Shown here: in pieces, positions 17,518 through 27,211 of the stretch
Numbering within the stretch: the first letter of the stretch is position 1
Layout: every line of letters starts with the position of its first letter
IMG/VR virus record: IMGVR_UViG_3300036781_000392
Span: 1-60,479 of that record
Strand: one strand, 5' to 3'
Source: a virus
Lineage: Duplodnaviria; Caudoviricetes
DNA: 60,479 bases
Translations under genes and position numbers: made by a program
Notes under the pieces: generated by a model
What the model was told of the DNA's origin: nothing
Database searches by the model: none
What the model saw: only the letters and a program-made list of their open reading frames with translations

Positions 17518-18183
17518 TTACGCGGTCTCGCCGCCGGTGAGTTCGGCGATGGACAGCCGCTTGGGCCGCTCCGGCACGACTTCGGCGTGGACGGTGCCTT
17601 CGATTTCTTCGGCGGCGTAGGGCATGCCGTGGAGGACGTCGGCGGCGATGAGGCGGCAGAGTTCGCCGGTGGCGCGGGCGACGAGCATGGTTTGCGGCTG
17701 TTTCTTCCATTCGGCTTTGCCGGTGAGCTGCATCTGTGCGGCGCGTTCGATGGTCCAGCTGACTTCCTGCCAGTTCTCGGCGCCTTTGCGGCGGCCCCGC
17801 ATCACGCAGTGCTCGGGTCCGGAGTCGACGAGCTCAATCTCGTGGCCCTTGTTGAGGACGAGTCCACGCATCGCGTGCGCGCGGAGTGCGGGGGTGCCCT
17901 GGATGATGTCGATCGCCTTGAGGGCGGCCATGGGCTTCAGTCCGAGTTCGTTCCCGGCGAGGATCACCGCGGTGACCTCTTCCGGCTTGCCTTTCAGTTG
18001 GCCGGCGAAGGATGTCTTCGCGATGGACTGGGCGACCTGCGCGGCCTGGCGGGCTTCCTGCGCCCACAGCAGGAGGGCGCTGGTCTCGGGCGTCGCGGGA
18101 AGCTGCTGCGGCTGGTGTGCGGGCTGCTCGTCGGCGACGGCGGGCAGGTCGTTGTTCTCGTCGGGGATGGCGATCTCGGTCAC
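17518..18183 (-). CDS. RecT-like ssDNA annealing recombinase
   Basis: 'G.ELGLKPM.AL..I.II.G.P', 'W...P..ML.ARA'; follows the RecE-like gene. Confidence 0.8.
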   Translation of the reverse strand: MTEIAIPDENNDLPAVADEQPAHQPQQLPATPETSALLLWAQEARQAAQVAQSIAKTSFAGQLKGKPEEVTAVILAGNELGLKPMAALKAIDIIQGTPALRAHAMRGLVLNKGHEIELVDSGPEHCVMRGRRKGAENWQEVSWTIERAAQMQLTGKAEWKKQPQTMLVARATGELCRLIAADVLHGMPYAAEEIEGTVHAEVVPERPKRLSIAELTGGETA

Positions 18184-19049
18184 TTCAGGAACTCCTCGGT
18201 GTCGCGGATGGCGGCCCAGGTGGGCAGGTTGATGAAGGGGATGTCGGCGATGGGGCCGGTCCAGTCGGGCCACCGGTCGGCGGCGGTGCACTCGGCGTAG
18301 ATGCGGAGGGCGCGTTCGGCTTTGGCGCGGCCGATGTCGAGGGCCTGCTGGTCGAGCTCCCGCACGGTGATCAGGTACGGGGCGGTCTTCTGCTGGAACA
18401 CGAAGACGAACCGCTGGTCGTCGTCGGGCCGGAGCGTCCCGAGGCCGGCCATGTACCAGGCGGCCTGGAGGTTGTAGCCGTACTCGTGTATCGCCCGGCG
18501 GATGGCCTCTGGGGAGGCGTCCTTGGTGGTCTTGTAGTCGACGGAGAGGGTGAGTCCGGGCAGCTGCTTGAGGTAGTCGACTCGGCCGCGGCACCACTGC
18601 TCGGTTGCCGCGTCCTGCCAGAACAGGGACACCTCGGGGGTGCCGCCCTGGAACAGGCCGCCGATGATGGGGTGTTCGGCGACGCGCTGGGCCATGGCTT
18701 CGGCGGTGGTCCAGTCGCCGGTGAGGATGGGCACCAGGCCACTGGCGCGGGCTTCGTCGCGTGCTTCCCGGGCGGTCTTGCTGCGCCAGTCCGGGAAGTC
18801 GAGGACCTCGAACTGCGGGCCTTCGCCGAGGACGAGGGAGTGCACGGCGTGCCCGAAGTCGAACTCGTCTCGCGGGGCCTGGCCGTGGATGCGGTCGTGC
18901 TGGAACAGGGCCGGGCAGGACGGCGGCAGGAGCTTCTTGGCGCCGGTGGAGGAGAGACTCCTGCCGGGGACCGGGTCCGCGTGGTACGCGGCCTCCGGGA
19001 TGCCCGGGTAGATGCCGGGCTCGGTGACAGTGAAGGTCGGTGCGCTCAT
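18180..19049 (-). CDS. RecE/exonuclease VIII-like PD-(D/E)XK exonuclease
   Basis: 'YHAD...LSST', 'FG.AVH', 'EVSLFW', 'RGRVD', 'DYKTT', 'Y.LQAAWY'. Confidence 0.9.
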   Translation of the reverse strand: MSAPTFTVTEPGIYPGIPEAAYHADPVPGRSLSSTGAKKLLPPSCPALFQHDRIHGQAPRDEFDFGHAVHSLVLGEGPQFEVLDFPDWRSKTAREARDEARASGLVPILTGDWTTAEAMAQRVAEHPIIGGLFQGGTPEVSLFWQDAATEQWCRGRVDYLKQLPGLTLSVDYKTTKDASPEAIRRAIHEYGYNLQAAWYMAGLGTLRPDDDQRFVFVFQQKTAPYLITVRELDQQALDIGRAKAERALRIYAECTAADRWPDWTGPIADIPFINLPTWAAIRDTEEFLK

Positions 19050-19267
19050 GCCGCACCGTCCAGCGGCGCGATGTCGATGCCGACCAGTTCGGTGCTGCCC
19101 GCTCCGACCCGGTTGCCGGTGCGGTAGAGCGCGGCGACCTGGAACGGCGTCGCGGCGTCGGTGCCGAGTAGGTAGTGGAGTTTCCCCTCGAAGCTGTCGC
19201 CGGTGGCGACGCGCTCCCTGATGTCGTCGAGGAGGCTGAGGAGCTCCTCGCGGCTCATGTTCTGCAT
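19046..19267 (-). CDS. Hypothetical protein
   Basis: RBS, coupled to the RecE-like gene. Confidence 0.6.
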   Translation of the reverse strand: MQNMSREELLSLLDDIRERVATGDSFEGKLHYLLGTDAATPFQVAALYRTGNRVGAGSTELVGIDIAPLDGAA

Positions 19268-19374
19268 GTCCTTCTCCTGATGGGTGTGGGGTGCCATGCG
19301 CCCCGGCTGGGGGTTGTCGGGGCGCATGGCTGGCGGCGGAGCTGGGGGGTGCTCGACACCGCCGGTTCGTGGGG

Positions 19375-19989
19375 TCAGGCGGCCTTGTGGGACGCGGCGA
19401 TGTTGCGGTCGGTGCCGCAGTGGATGCACGTCTCAAGGCCGCAGTCGCGTCCTGCACGGTGGTCGACGCTGGGTGCCCACGCGTAGCCGTGGCGCAGGAC
19501 GATGGCGTAGATGACGGGGCTGTACGGGGAGCCGTCGTAGTCGGCGTAGGCGCCTGCGTTGAACTCGGCAGCGAAGGCGAGGGCCATCTCGCTGGTGGGC
19601 TGGTCGTGGATGTCGTCCATGCCGGAGATCCAGACGGCCCAGTCCTGGTCCTCGTAGCCGAGGAGCTGCCGGTTCGGTCCGAACAGCGGAGGCTTGGTGG
19701 GGTTGGCGGTGACCTTGGTCGACGTGCCGTCTGCGAGGTTCGTCTGCTGGATCAGTTCGGCTTCGCTGTGTCCGAGTACGCGGCGGACCGTCGGCCCGAT
19801 GGAGGCCTGCAGTGCACCGATCACTTCGGTGCGGGCGGCGTCGGTCAGGTTGTCGCTGAGGGCGACGTGGCAGGCGACGTCCCAGCCGCCGGTTGTGGTT
19901 CGGTAGCCGAACGTCGGTCCGGGCGTGAGGTTGGCGGTGTTGATCGCGGCGGTCCACTCTTCGGTGGAAACGGTCTTGAGGTCAGGCAT
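19375..19989 (-). CDS. Hypothetical protein
   Basis: RBS, GC3 bias. Confidence 0.65.
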   Translation of the reverse strand: MPDLKTVSTEEWTAAINTANLTPGPTFGYRTTTGGWDVACHVALSDNLTDAARTEVIGALQASIGPTVRRVLGHSEAELIQQTNLADGTSTKVTANPTKPPLFGPNRQLLGYEDQDWAVWISGMDDIHDQPTSEMALAFAAEFNAGAYADYDGSPYSPVIYAIVLRHGYAWAPSVDHRAGRDCGLETCIHCGTDRNIAASHKAA

Positions 19990-20101
19990 GGCTGTCCTTC
20001 TGGGATGCTGGTGGTTGATCCCCGCCAACTAGTCCTTGGCGGGGTGCGTTGTGTGGTGCGCCGGGTCGGCTGGTCTGGTGTCATCCGGCCGGCCCGGCGG
20101 G

Positions 20102-20857
20102 TCAGGCGGCTGGGAGCACGAATGCCGACAGCCGGCGTGCGGCGGCTTCGCAGTAGTCCTCGCGGGCCTCGATCCCGATGGCGCGCCGTCCGGCCTGCCT
20201 TGCGGCGTCCAGCGTGCTGCCGGATCCCGCGAACGGGTCGAGGACCAGGCCTCCCTCGGGGCAGGCGTAGCGAATCAGCGGGTCGAGGACCGGCGCTGGC
20301 TTCTCCGTGGGATGGATCGCGTGGCCTTTCATGGACTTGGCGTGAAGGACCGATCGGGTCATCCGGGTGCCGGTTTCCGTCCACTTGCGCGCGGTCCCGT
20401 AGGCGCCTTGGTGGGCCGGCGGGGTGGTGCGGACAGCTGTGCCGTTTCGGGTTATCTGTTCGGGCGTGGCTGGTACGCGGGGGGTTTCGTGGTGGATGCC
20501 GTTCCAGGCCCCGCGGTACCAGTGCAGGGCATGTTCATGGACGCGCCGGAATCGATCGGTCGCTGAGCCGCTGCCGTTGTGCTTCTCCCACACGACGTCC
20601 TGGCTGAGCTTCCAGTCGGTGAACTGGTCGCGCTGCTGGAGGAACATGCGCATCGACCCGAAGCACCACATGCTGCTGGCGTATTCGGCGACGAGGGCGG
20701 GCCAGCCGTCGGGCCACCGGTCCCAGGCGAGGGACGTTTCGGCGTATGGCGGGTCGGCGACGATCAGGTCGGCCTGCAGCCCAAGGGCGGGCAGGATTTC
20801 CCGCATGCCGCCGAGGTAGAGCGTGACGGTGTCGTCGCGGTAGTAGGGCTCCATCAC
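20102..20857 (-). CDS. N6-adenine/N4-cytosine DNA methyltransferase (beta class)
   Basis: DPPY, HPTEKP, VLDPFAGSGST, AIGIE. Confidence 0.93.
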   Translation of the reverse strand: MMEPYYRDDTVTLYLGGMREILPALGLQADLIVADPPYAETSLAWDRWPDGWPALVAEYASSMWCFGSMRMFLQQRDQFTDWKLSQDVVWEKHNGSGSATDRFRRVHEHALHWYRGAWNGIHHETPRVPATPEQITRNGTAVRTTPPAHQGAYGTARKWTETGTRMTRSVLHAKSMKGHAIHPTEKPAPVLDPLIRYACPEGGLVLDPFAGSGSTLDAARQAGRRAIGIEAREDYCEAAARRLSAFVLPAA

Positions 20858-21306
20858 GCCACCTCCTGGGGCTGGTTGATGCGGGGTACGGGCTGGGTGT
20901 CGGCGAGCGGCGGGACGCCGATCCTGCGGACGTCGCCGTGTTCGAAGCGTTCGGTGATGACCGGGAACTGCAGGGTGCTGGTGTCGATCTCCTGCGTGCG
21001 GGTGACGACGTGTTCGGCGAGGACCTTGGTGTTGAGGCGCCGCGCCATGTCGTCGATCTGCTGCTGCATTCCGGCGACGGTTTCGGCGTGCCGGTCGTCG
21101 ATGCGGTCGAGCGCGGCCTGGAGGTCGGCTTTGTGCTTGAGTGCGGCGTCGAGGTCCGTGGCGGCCTGCATGCCGCGGAGGGTGAGGCCGGTGATCTCGC
21201 GGTCGGACACGACGGCCATGGCCCGGAGTTCCGCGTTCTCGGCTTCGAGTTCGCGGACCCGGTCTATGGCGCGGTGTCGGCCGGTCGCGGTGAGGGTGAG
21301 GCTCAT
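20854..21306 (-). CDS. Coiled-coil hypothetical protein
   Basis: Coupled ORF, GC3 bias. Confidence 0.65.
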   Translation of the reverse strand: MSLTLTATGRHRAIDRVRELEAENAELRAMAVVSDREITGLTLRGMQAATDLDAALKHKADLQAALDRIDDRHAETVAGMQQQIDDMARRLNTKVLAEHVVTRTQEIDTSTLQFPVITERFEHGDVRRIGVPPLADTQPVPRINQPQEVA

Positions 21307-21635
21307 GCGGCCACCGCCGCGCGGAGTTCGGCTGCGGTGTCTCGGAGCAGCTTGACGGCCTGCTCCTTGCCGGTGTTCCGGTGGGAGCACCAGGCGACGA
21401 TGCTGGGGGCGTCGACGCGGGACGCCAACTCCTTTTCGGCTTCGACGCCTTGCGCCGACCCGGTGTAGCGGGGCGTTTCGTGGAGGGCGATGTTGATCGC
21501 GCCGATGATGTCGACTCGGCAGTTCTTCAGGTTGGTGCCGCCGGCGGCCTGCCGGGTGTCGTACAGGTAGTTCCGGCAGAAACCGTTGGCTTCGACGATG
21601 TCGGCGGCCTTGGCGATGATGTCGGCGGTGTTCAC
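21303..21635 (-). CDS. Hypothetical protein (DUF6197-like)
   Basis: 'KAADIVEANG...D..GAI..A...I.AW'. Confidence 0.65.
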   Translation of the reverse strand: MNTADIIAKAADIVEANGFCRNYLYDTRQAAGGTNLKNCRVDIIGAINIALHETPRYTGSAQGVEAEKELASRVDAPSIVAWCSHRNTGKEQAVKLLRDTAAELRAAVAA

Positions 21636-21829
21636 AGCTCCTCCTCCTCGAGTGCGCGGCGGATCATGCGCCAGGAAGTGCGGCGTCCGGAGTCGCGTTC
21701 GGCGGCGATGCGGTCGTCGATCCAGGCCAGCGGGTCGGGCTTGCGAGCGCGGCGGTTGGCGAGGGTGACGAGGGCGGTCCCGGCGGCTATGAAGCCGACG
21801 GCCGCGTAGATCAGGTGCAGGTAGCTCAC
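21632..21829 (-). CDS. Small membrane protein
   Basis: Coupled ORF with N-terminal TM. Confidence 0.55.
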   Translation of the reverse strand: MSYLHLIYAAVGFIAAGTALVTLANRRARKPDPLAWIDDRIAAERDSGRRTSWRMIRRALEEEEL

Positions 21830-22035
21830 GGCGTGCCTCCAAGGACTCGGTCGGCCCATTCGTCGAGCGGTTCGACGTATCCGGCGGCGACGGTCGCGGC
21901 GAAGTCCGGGTCGTTGCTGCGGAGTCCCAGGGCGCGGATGAACGCGCCGTCGAGCTGCTGGCGTTGCGGGGCGGGTATCTGGTCGTGGTCGCACAGGAGG
22001 TGGGAGGCGGCGACGGTGTCGGTGCGGGGTGTCAC
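21826..22035 (-). CDS. Hypothetical protein
   Basis: Coupled ORF. Confidence 0.6.
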   Translation of the reverse strand: MTPRTDTVAASHLLCDHDQIPAPQRQQLDGAFIRALGLRSNDPDFAATVAAGYVEPLDEWADRVLGGTP

Positions 22036-22223
22036 GCTGCCTCCGTCCGTCGTGCGGCGAGGTGCCGGACGTGCGTGTAGCGGTCGTGGACGGCGGAGAC
22101 GGCGTTGAGGTATCGCTCGATGGACCAGTTCGTGTCGGCGCGGTCGGCGAAGGTCTGCTCGACGCGGACGAGTTCGTCCATCTCTCGGTCGGCGAGGGGG
22201 CGCGGGGCCGTCGCGGCGGTCAT
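22032..22223 (-). CDS. Hypothetical protein
   Basis: Coupled ORF. Confidence 0.6.
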   Translation of the reverse strand: MTAATAPRPLADREMDELVRVEQTFADRADTNWSIERYLNAVSAVHDRYTHVRHLAARRTEAA

Positions 22224-22528
22224 GAGACGGCCGCCTTCGTCTCGCAGGGGCAGCCGTAGTTGTGCGACTCGGGCGTCTCGCAGCCGTACTTGACCTTGCG
22301 CTCGATGGCGTCCGCCTTCACGCGCAGCTGTTCGGAGGCGTCGCGGCAGGGTCGGAACTTGTCGGGCTCCAGCACCCCGTCGTCCTTGCAGGTCTTCGTC
22401 TCGGCGTCGATTTCGTCGGCGGCCTCTCGCAGCACGGCCGCCTTGACGACGGCGACACCCTTCGCGAAGTCGCTGGTGGCCGCTACCTCCGCAGCGAACA
22501 GGTCGACCAGCTGGTTACGTGCGCTCAT
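22220..22528 (-). CDS. Hypothetical protein
   Basis: Coupled ORF. Confidence 0.6.
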   Translation of the reverse strand: MSARNQLVDLFAAEVAATSDFAKGVAVVKAAVLREAADEIDAETKTCKDDGVLEPDKFRPCRDASEQLRVKADAIERKVKYGCETPESHNYGCPCETKAAVS

Positions 22529-22731
22529 GCGGCCCTCCCGGGCGTCCAGTTCGGGTAGTCGGCGTCGGTGGAGCAGAGTTCGGTGTGATCGAGGAGGACC
22601 AGGTCGTATGCGTAGGCGAGCCGGTCGGACTCGGAGTGGGTGCGTTCACTCGCGGCCTGCAGGGTCTGCCGGGCGATGAGGTCCTGCAGCACGGGCAGGG
22701 GGACGTCGAGGCGGGCGATCGAGGCGGTCAT
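22525..22731 (-). CDS. Hypothetical protein
   Basis: Coupled ORF. Confidence 0.6.
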   Translation of the reverse strand: MTASIARLDVPLPVLQDLIARQTLQAASERTHSESDRLAYAYDLVLLDHTELCSTDADYPNWTPGRAA

Positions 22732-23222
22732 CGGGACGCCTCCGGGGCCTGGTCGGCGGCCGGGCGAATCGCGCCGCGCTGGGCCTTCGACGCAAGGCGC
22801 AGGAGCCAATCGGTCGGGTTCTCCCGGCGGCTCTTCGGGATCGCGTCGTACTCGCGGGCCTTCTTGTTCAGCCACGCGACGACATCGGCGACGGCAACCT
22901 GGCCGCCCTCGCGCCGCTCGCGGGCAAAGGCAGCCACTGCGCCGTCACGGTCGGCTTCCAGCGCGGCGATGCGGTCGAGCAGCCACGGGATGTCGGCGCG
23001 GGCGCGGGCGATGAACTCGCTGTTGCGGTAGGCGGTGGTCTCGTCGCCGCAAAGGACGGCCACGTCGCCGTCTGAGGCGAACCCCTCCTGGAGGGTGACG
23101 CGGGTCCCGCACTCGATCGTGTAGGTGCCGTTCAGGTCTCGGCGGGTTCCCCACGTTCCGGAGCTGGCGGCTTCGGCGCGGGCCCGGATGTCCTGCTCGC
23201 GGTCGGGCCTCTCGGCGGTCAT
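22728..23222 (-). CDS. Hypothetical phage protein
   Basis: 'IRARAEAA..G.W...FIARARADIPWLL' common phage motif. Confidence 0.7.
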   Translation of the reverse strand: MTAERPDREQDIRARAEAASSGTWGTRRDLNGTYTIECGTRVTLQEGFASDGDVAVLCGDETTAYRNSEFIARARADIPWLLDRIAALEADRDGAVAAFARERREGGQVAVADVVAWLNKKAREYDAIPKSRRENPTDWLLRLASKAQRGAIRPAADQAPEASR

Positions 23223-23701
23223 GCGGCCACCGCCCCGGTAGAGCGCGGGTCGTTGATCAGGCGGGCGATGTTGAGCGCGAACTGCTGCTCATCGCAGGCG
23301 TCGCAGTCCTCCACGCATTCGCCCTCGTCGGGGTCGCTGTCCGGGTAGTCGGCCACGTCGTGCATCGCCTCGTCGGCCTGCTCGGCTGCGCGCTCCAGCC
23401 AGGACGCCAGCACGGAGCCCAACGCGGGCTGCATGAGGGCGATGTACTCGGCGTTCCACGGCTCGCGGATGCCGCCGTAGCCGGACTTGATGCGGCCGGA
23501 GGCGACGATCTCCGAGTCGACGCTGCCTGCCGGATGGGCGTGTGAGTAGACGGCGCTCGTGCACGTCGCGCGGGGAGACCAGACGGAGCTGGTGACCCAC
23601 GGGCTGTCCGTGGCGTGCTTCACGTGCTTGCGCAGCTTCTCGACGGCCGCGCGGATCTCGTCGACGGGTGCGAGAACGATCTGAGGCGTCGTAGTGGTCA
23701 T
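23219..23701 (-). CDS. Hypothetical phage protein
   Basis: 'AT.SPW...AEYIALMQP'. Confidence 0.7.
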   Translation of the reverse strand: MTTTTPQIVLAPVDEIRAAVEKLRKHVKHATDSPWVTSSVWSPRATCTSAVYSHAHPAGSVDSEIVASGRIKSGYGGIREPWNAEYIALMQPALGSVLASWLERAAEQADEAMHDVADYPDSDPDEGECVEDCDACDEQQFALNIARLINDPRSTGAVAA

Positions 23702-24009
23702 CGGGTCGCCGCCTTCGGGGACTCGGTGCGGGCCGCGTACAGGGCCTCGCGGTGCTGCTCCATGGCCTCATCGCGGTCGGAGGCGCGGTGGTTGGTGCTG
23801 TCGATGACGTAGGGCCCGTACTTGCGACCCTCGTGCTCGTGACCGGCGAGGACCATCTCGGCGTGCCGCTTGTCGTTGCTCTCGTCGAAGATGACGGTGT
23901 CGTAGTAGCCGCCGCCGATTCGGACGGTCGAGACGAGCAGGTTCTTGGTGTCCGTGACGATCGGCGTCTGCCGAACGGTCTCGGGCGCCCGGTATTTGGA
24001 TGCGATCAT
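23698..24009 (-). CDS. Hypothetical protein
   Basis: Coupled ORF, GC3 bias. Confidence 0.6.
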   Translation of the reverse strand: MIASKYRAPETVRQTPIVTDTKNLLVSTVRIGGGYYDTVIFDESNDKRHAEMVLAGHEHEGRKYGPYVIDSTNHRASDRDEAMEQHREALYAARTESPKAATR

Positions 24010-24100
24010 TGGTGGTGGTCCACTTCTGTGTGTTCGCGGATGTGTGGTGGATCGAGAGGTCGTCCCGTGGCTGGCGCTTTCGGGGCGGCCTCGCGCCGCG

Positions 24101-24346
24101 TCAGGCGGCGGCGGCGAACTGGGCGCCGGCTCCGGCTTCGGCCGGGATGCCGAGGTATGCGGCGACACTGGCGACGTGGAAGCGCAGGGTGCGCTTCGAG
24201 CTGCCTTCGGGAGCCAGGTCGATGACGCAGCGGCGGACGAACTCCGGTTCCGCCAGGCGGTCACGGACCCACATGTCGCTGACCTGCAACCAAGCCTTGA
24301 GCTGGGCCTTCGTGATCAGCGGGGTGGGGGTGGGGAGCTGATCCAC
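24101..24346 (-). CDS. Excisionase-like wHTH protein
   Basis: 'LITKAQLKAWLQVSDMWVR...LRF'; second gene of the early lytic operon. Confidence 0.65.
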   Translation of the reverse strand: MDQLPTPTPLITKAQLKAWLQVSDMWVRDRLAEPEFVRRCVIDLAPEGSSKRTLRFHVASVAAYLGIPAEAGAGAQFAAAA

Positions 24347-24412
24347 GACGCCTCCTTTCAGTGAGTGCGAATGATCTTGCGGTGAATGTGGAAACTGCTG
24401 GCAGAGAAAAGG

Positions 24413-24664
24413 TCACGTGGGGGAGTGTTCGGCGAACAGTTCCGTGATGGGTCGCTCGAGCGCCGAGGCCACCAGGTCGGCGGAGCGGCGTTCGAACTCG
24501 CCGCGTCCGCTCGGTCCGGTGGAGACCATGTGGCCGATCGCCGAGCGGCTGATGCCGTAGCCGGCGGGGTCGGCTTCCTTGGTCTTGTCGGCGAGGCGCT
24601 CGATGGACAGTCCGGCCTCTTGCATCGCATCCCGTATGGGCTGGCCGTTGTCCAAGCGGTGCAT
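24413..24664 (-). CDS. Cro-like XRE HTH regulator
   Basis: HTH divergent from the repressor. Confidence 0.75.
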   Translation of the reverse strand: MHRLDNGQPIRDAMQEAGLSIERLADKTKEADPAGYGISRSAIGHMVSTGPSGRGEFERRSADLVASALERPITELFAEHSPT

Positions 24665-24699
24665 GTGGTGCCCCTTCGTGGCCGAGAGTTGATGCCTGG

Positions 24700-24905
24700 T
24701 GACCGATTGTGGAAATCGGTCGGTGGCTTCGTTTCCACATTCAACGGCGAATGTGGAGGGATGTCAAGCGATGTGGGGCGCATGCTGCCCGTATCAAGGG
24801 CTTGCGGCATATGCTCCGCGTCCGCATGTGGAAAAGATTGCTGGTCAGATAGGGCGACACGGGTTGTAGTGAATGTGGAGGATGCCCGATGCTTCTACAT
24901 GTGGA
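24700..24905. promoter_or_regulatory. Lysis/lysogeny switch region with ATGTGGA operator-like repeats
   Basis: Inverted pair TCCACATTC-N6-GAATGTGGA at 24734-24757; more copies at 24826, 24873, 24899, 24386. Confidence 0.65.
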
Positions 24906-25254
24906 TGACCTTGCAGAGCTGATCGAGCGCGTCCTGCGCGAGCGGGACTGGACGCTGACCACCCTCGCCCGTCGGGCAGGCCTCTCGGTCTCCACCCTGC
25001 ACTCGTGGAAGGCCGGCGACCGGGCCACCGGCAGCCGGGGGCCGAGCCCCGACAAGCTCCGCCTACTCGCCGAGGGGGCGGGCCTCCCCGTCGCCGAAGT
25101 CTTCGAGGCCGCCGGGCGGCACGTACCGGCGCCGCTGGATGACGAGGAAGAGCGCCGGTTCCTGCACATGTTCCGCCTCCTGGGCAGTGCTGACCGCAAG
25201 GTCATCGAGGCCACCATGCGGGCCATGCACGACCGGCAGGACGCCGCCAAATAA
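24889..25254 (+). CDS. Immunity repressor (XRE HTH)
   Basis: 'TLTTLARRAGLSVSTLHSW...PSPDKLRLLA'; upstream of the integrase. Confidence 0.85.
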   Translation: MLLHVDDLAELIERVLRERDWTLTTLARRAGLSVSTLHSWKAGDRATGSRGPSPDKLRLLAEGAGLPVAEVFEAAGRHVPAPLDDEEERRFLHMFRLLGSADRKVIEATMRAMHDRQDAAK

Positions 25255-25418
25255 AGGATCTTGGGTTTTTAGTGTGACCCAATCTGTGAATTTGCTTGGG
25301 GACTACACGATTCTCCAGAGTCGCTTCACTTACGGTGTTAAACACAGGTAACGTCGTGTGTCCGCCGTAACCTCCACCTGCGGCCGGGCTTCTTATGCCG
25401 TGTCTCTACGGGGGATCT

Positions 25419-25682
25419 ATGTGCGCGATAGTGGTTATGGATGGCGTGGACTCGACGGCACCTCGGTGGGACCGGGACCGCGTCGCCATCGTCATTGCAG
25501 ACGGCCTCGACTACTACGAGACGCTCCGTCAAATCCGCGCCATGCTGGAGTGGCTGGGGGCAGCGCAGCAGGAGTCTGGTGCGACATGCTGGTGCGGTGA
25601 GCCCGTAGCGGTCCCTGCCGGGGAGACCAGAGTGCCTCCACCGCGGGCCGCCAGTCCCGTGGAGTTCCACCATGCCAGCTAA
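25419..25682 (+). CDS. Hypothetical protein between repressor and integrase
   Basis: RBS GGGGGA, 'CWCGEPV' motif. Confidence 0.6.
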   Translation: MCAIVVMDGVDSTAPRWDRDRVAIVIADGLDYYETLRQIRAMLEWLGAAQQESGATCWCGEPVAVPAGETRVPPPRAASPVEFHHAS

Positions 25683-26952
25683 GGCCCGTAACAACCCTCG
25701 GCAGATCCGCGTGAAGTCCTGCAGCTGCAAGCTGTGTGTGGACGAATTCAGGCCGGGGGAGCAGTGGACGCGTAAAGCTTGTACCGGCCCGTGGCAGACC
25801 AGATACCGGGACCCCGCGGGAAAGCAGCGGGCCAAGAACTTCGTGGGAGTTGGGGCCAAGAAGAAGGCCGAGGCTTTCCTCGACCGCATGCGGGACCAGG
25901 TCCGCACGGGCAGCTTCGTTGACCTCGAGCGCGGTCAGATCAGCATCGACGCGTGGCACGCGAAGTGGTGGCCCGCGCAGCGCGTCAGCGCCACGACCAT
26001 GCAGCGGAACGAGAGCGCCTGGCGCAATCACGTGCAGCCGCATTTCGGTTCCTGGCAGCTCGTCTCGATCGGACATCTCGATGTCGAGGAGTGGATCGGG
26101 AAGCTGCTGAAGGTGACCGGGGTGCCGAACATCATCAAGGCGTTCCAGATCCTCGACCGGATGATGGCGGCGGCGCTCAGGGATAGGCGCATCGCGCACA
26201 ATCCGTGCGATGGGATCAAGCTGCCGAAGGTGACGCCGAAGCATCCGGACGACCAGATCCCGCCCACCTACGAGCAGCTGGCGCGGATCCGGTCCCACAT
26301 CCCCGAGCACTACCACCCGCTGTTCATCGTGGCCGAGGAGACCGGGCTGCGATGGGGGGAGCTCGCGGGATTGAGGCGCTGCTCGGTGAACCTGAAGGAC
26401 GGCACCATTCAGGTCCGGGAGACCGTCATCGAGGTCCACGGGGCACCGAGGCGCAAGGCCTACCCGAAGTCGGCGGCAGGCGGGCGCACCGTGCCGCTGT
26501 CGGATCTGGCGGCGGGTGTCCTCAGGGCGCACCTGGAGAAGCATCCCGCTTCCGCCGGTCGGACTTCGCCGGGTGACGGGATGCACGCGGAGGAGCTGGT
26601 CTTCCGGGGGCCGAGGGCGGGACAGAAGACGAAGAAGGGCGTCGTCTTCGAGGGCGTGCTGAAGCGGAACAACGTCAGGCGCCTGTGGGTGCCGGCGACC
26701 CGCGACGCCGGGATCGCTCGTGAGGTGAAGGATGAGGTGACGGGCCGCACCGAGCTGTGGCCGCACTTCCACGACATCCGGCATGCGTTCGCCTCGAGGC
26801 TTCACGCGGCGGGCGTGTCGGAGGCTGACGCTCAGGCGATCCTCGGGCATGAGCGCGGCGGCAAGGTCACGTGGCTGTATACGCACGCGGGCGCGGACTC
26901 GGTGGAGACGGTGCGGTCGGCACTCGGTGCGGGCCTGCGAGTCGTCTCGTAG
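25672..26952 (+). CDS. int: Tyrosine integrase
   Basis: TGLRWGEL, HDIRH, LGH, catalytic Y in 'TWLYTH'; N-terminal arm-binding region. Confidence 0.95.
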   Translation: MPAKARNNPRQIRVKSCSCKLCVDEFRPGEQWTRKACTGPWQTRYRDPAGKQRAKNFVGVGAKKKAEAFLDRMRDQVRTGSFVDLERGQISIDAWHAKWWPAQRVSATTMQRNESAWRNHVQPHFGSWQLVSIGHLDVEEWIGKLLKVTGVPNIIKAFQILDRMMAAALRDRRIAHNPCDGIKLPKVTPKHPDDQIPPTYEQLARIRSHIPEHYHPLFIVAEETGLRWGELAGLRRCSVNLKDGTIQVRETVIEVHGAPRRKAYPKSAAGGRTVPLSDLAAGVLRAHLEKHPASAGRTSPGDGMHAEELVFRGPRAGQKTKKGVVFEGVLKRNNVRRLWVPATRDAGIAREVKDEVTGRTELWPHFHDIRHAFASRLHAAGVSEADAQAILGHERGGKVTWLYTHAGADSVETVRSALGAGLRVVS

Positions 26953-27114
26953 CGAGTCCACGCAGAGTCCACATCCCGTCCACGCGCCCATGTCACTCCA
27001 CATCGAGTCACATCACATGATGTTGCGTTGTGTGTGGCCTCTGAGCTGCGGTTTCTCGTAGCGCAAGCCGTTCACCTGTGTGGATGCTCCGTCCACATTC
27101 GGGGGACGTTTGGC

Positions 27115-27157
27115 CTTACAAAGCAGATGTCGGCGGTTCGAACCCGTCCGCGCCCAC
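27115..27157 (+). other. attP core: 3' half of tRNA-Val(TAC)
   Basis: CTTACAA anticodon loop, AGCAG, T-arm GGCGG-TTCGAAC-CCGTC, acceptor strand CGCGCCCA; 5' half absent. Confidence 0.88.
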
Positions 27158-27176
27158 ATGTAGATAGAGCCTGATG

Positions 27177-27211
27177 AGGGCCCCTGTTGCCGAGTCTGGC
27201 GCGGGGGCCCT
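27177..27211 (+). terminator. Stem-loop after the attP core (replacement tRNA terminator)
   Basis: AGGGCCCC...GGGGCCCT. Confidence 0.6.

Noticed and set aside
27115-27157. Functional tRNA-Val gene
   Set aside because: 5' half and D-arm absent; it is the attP core
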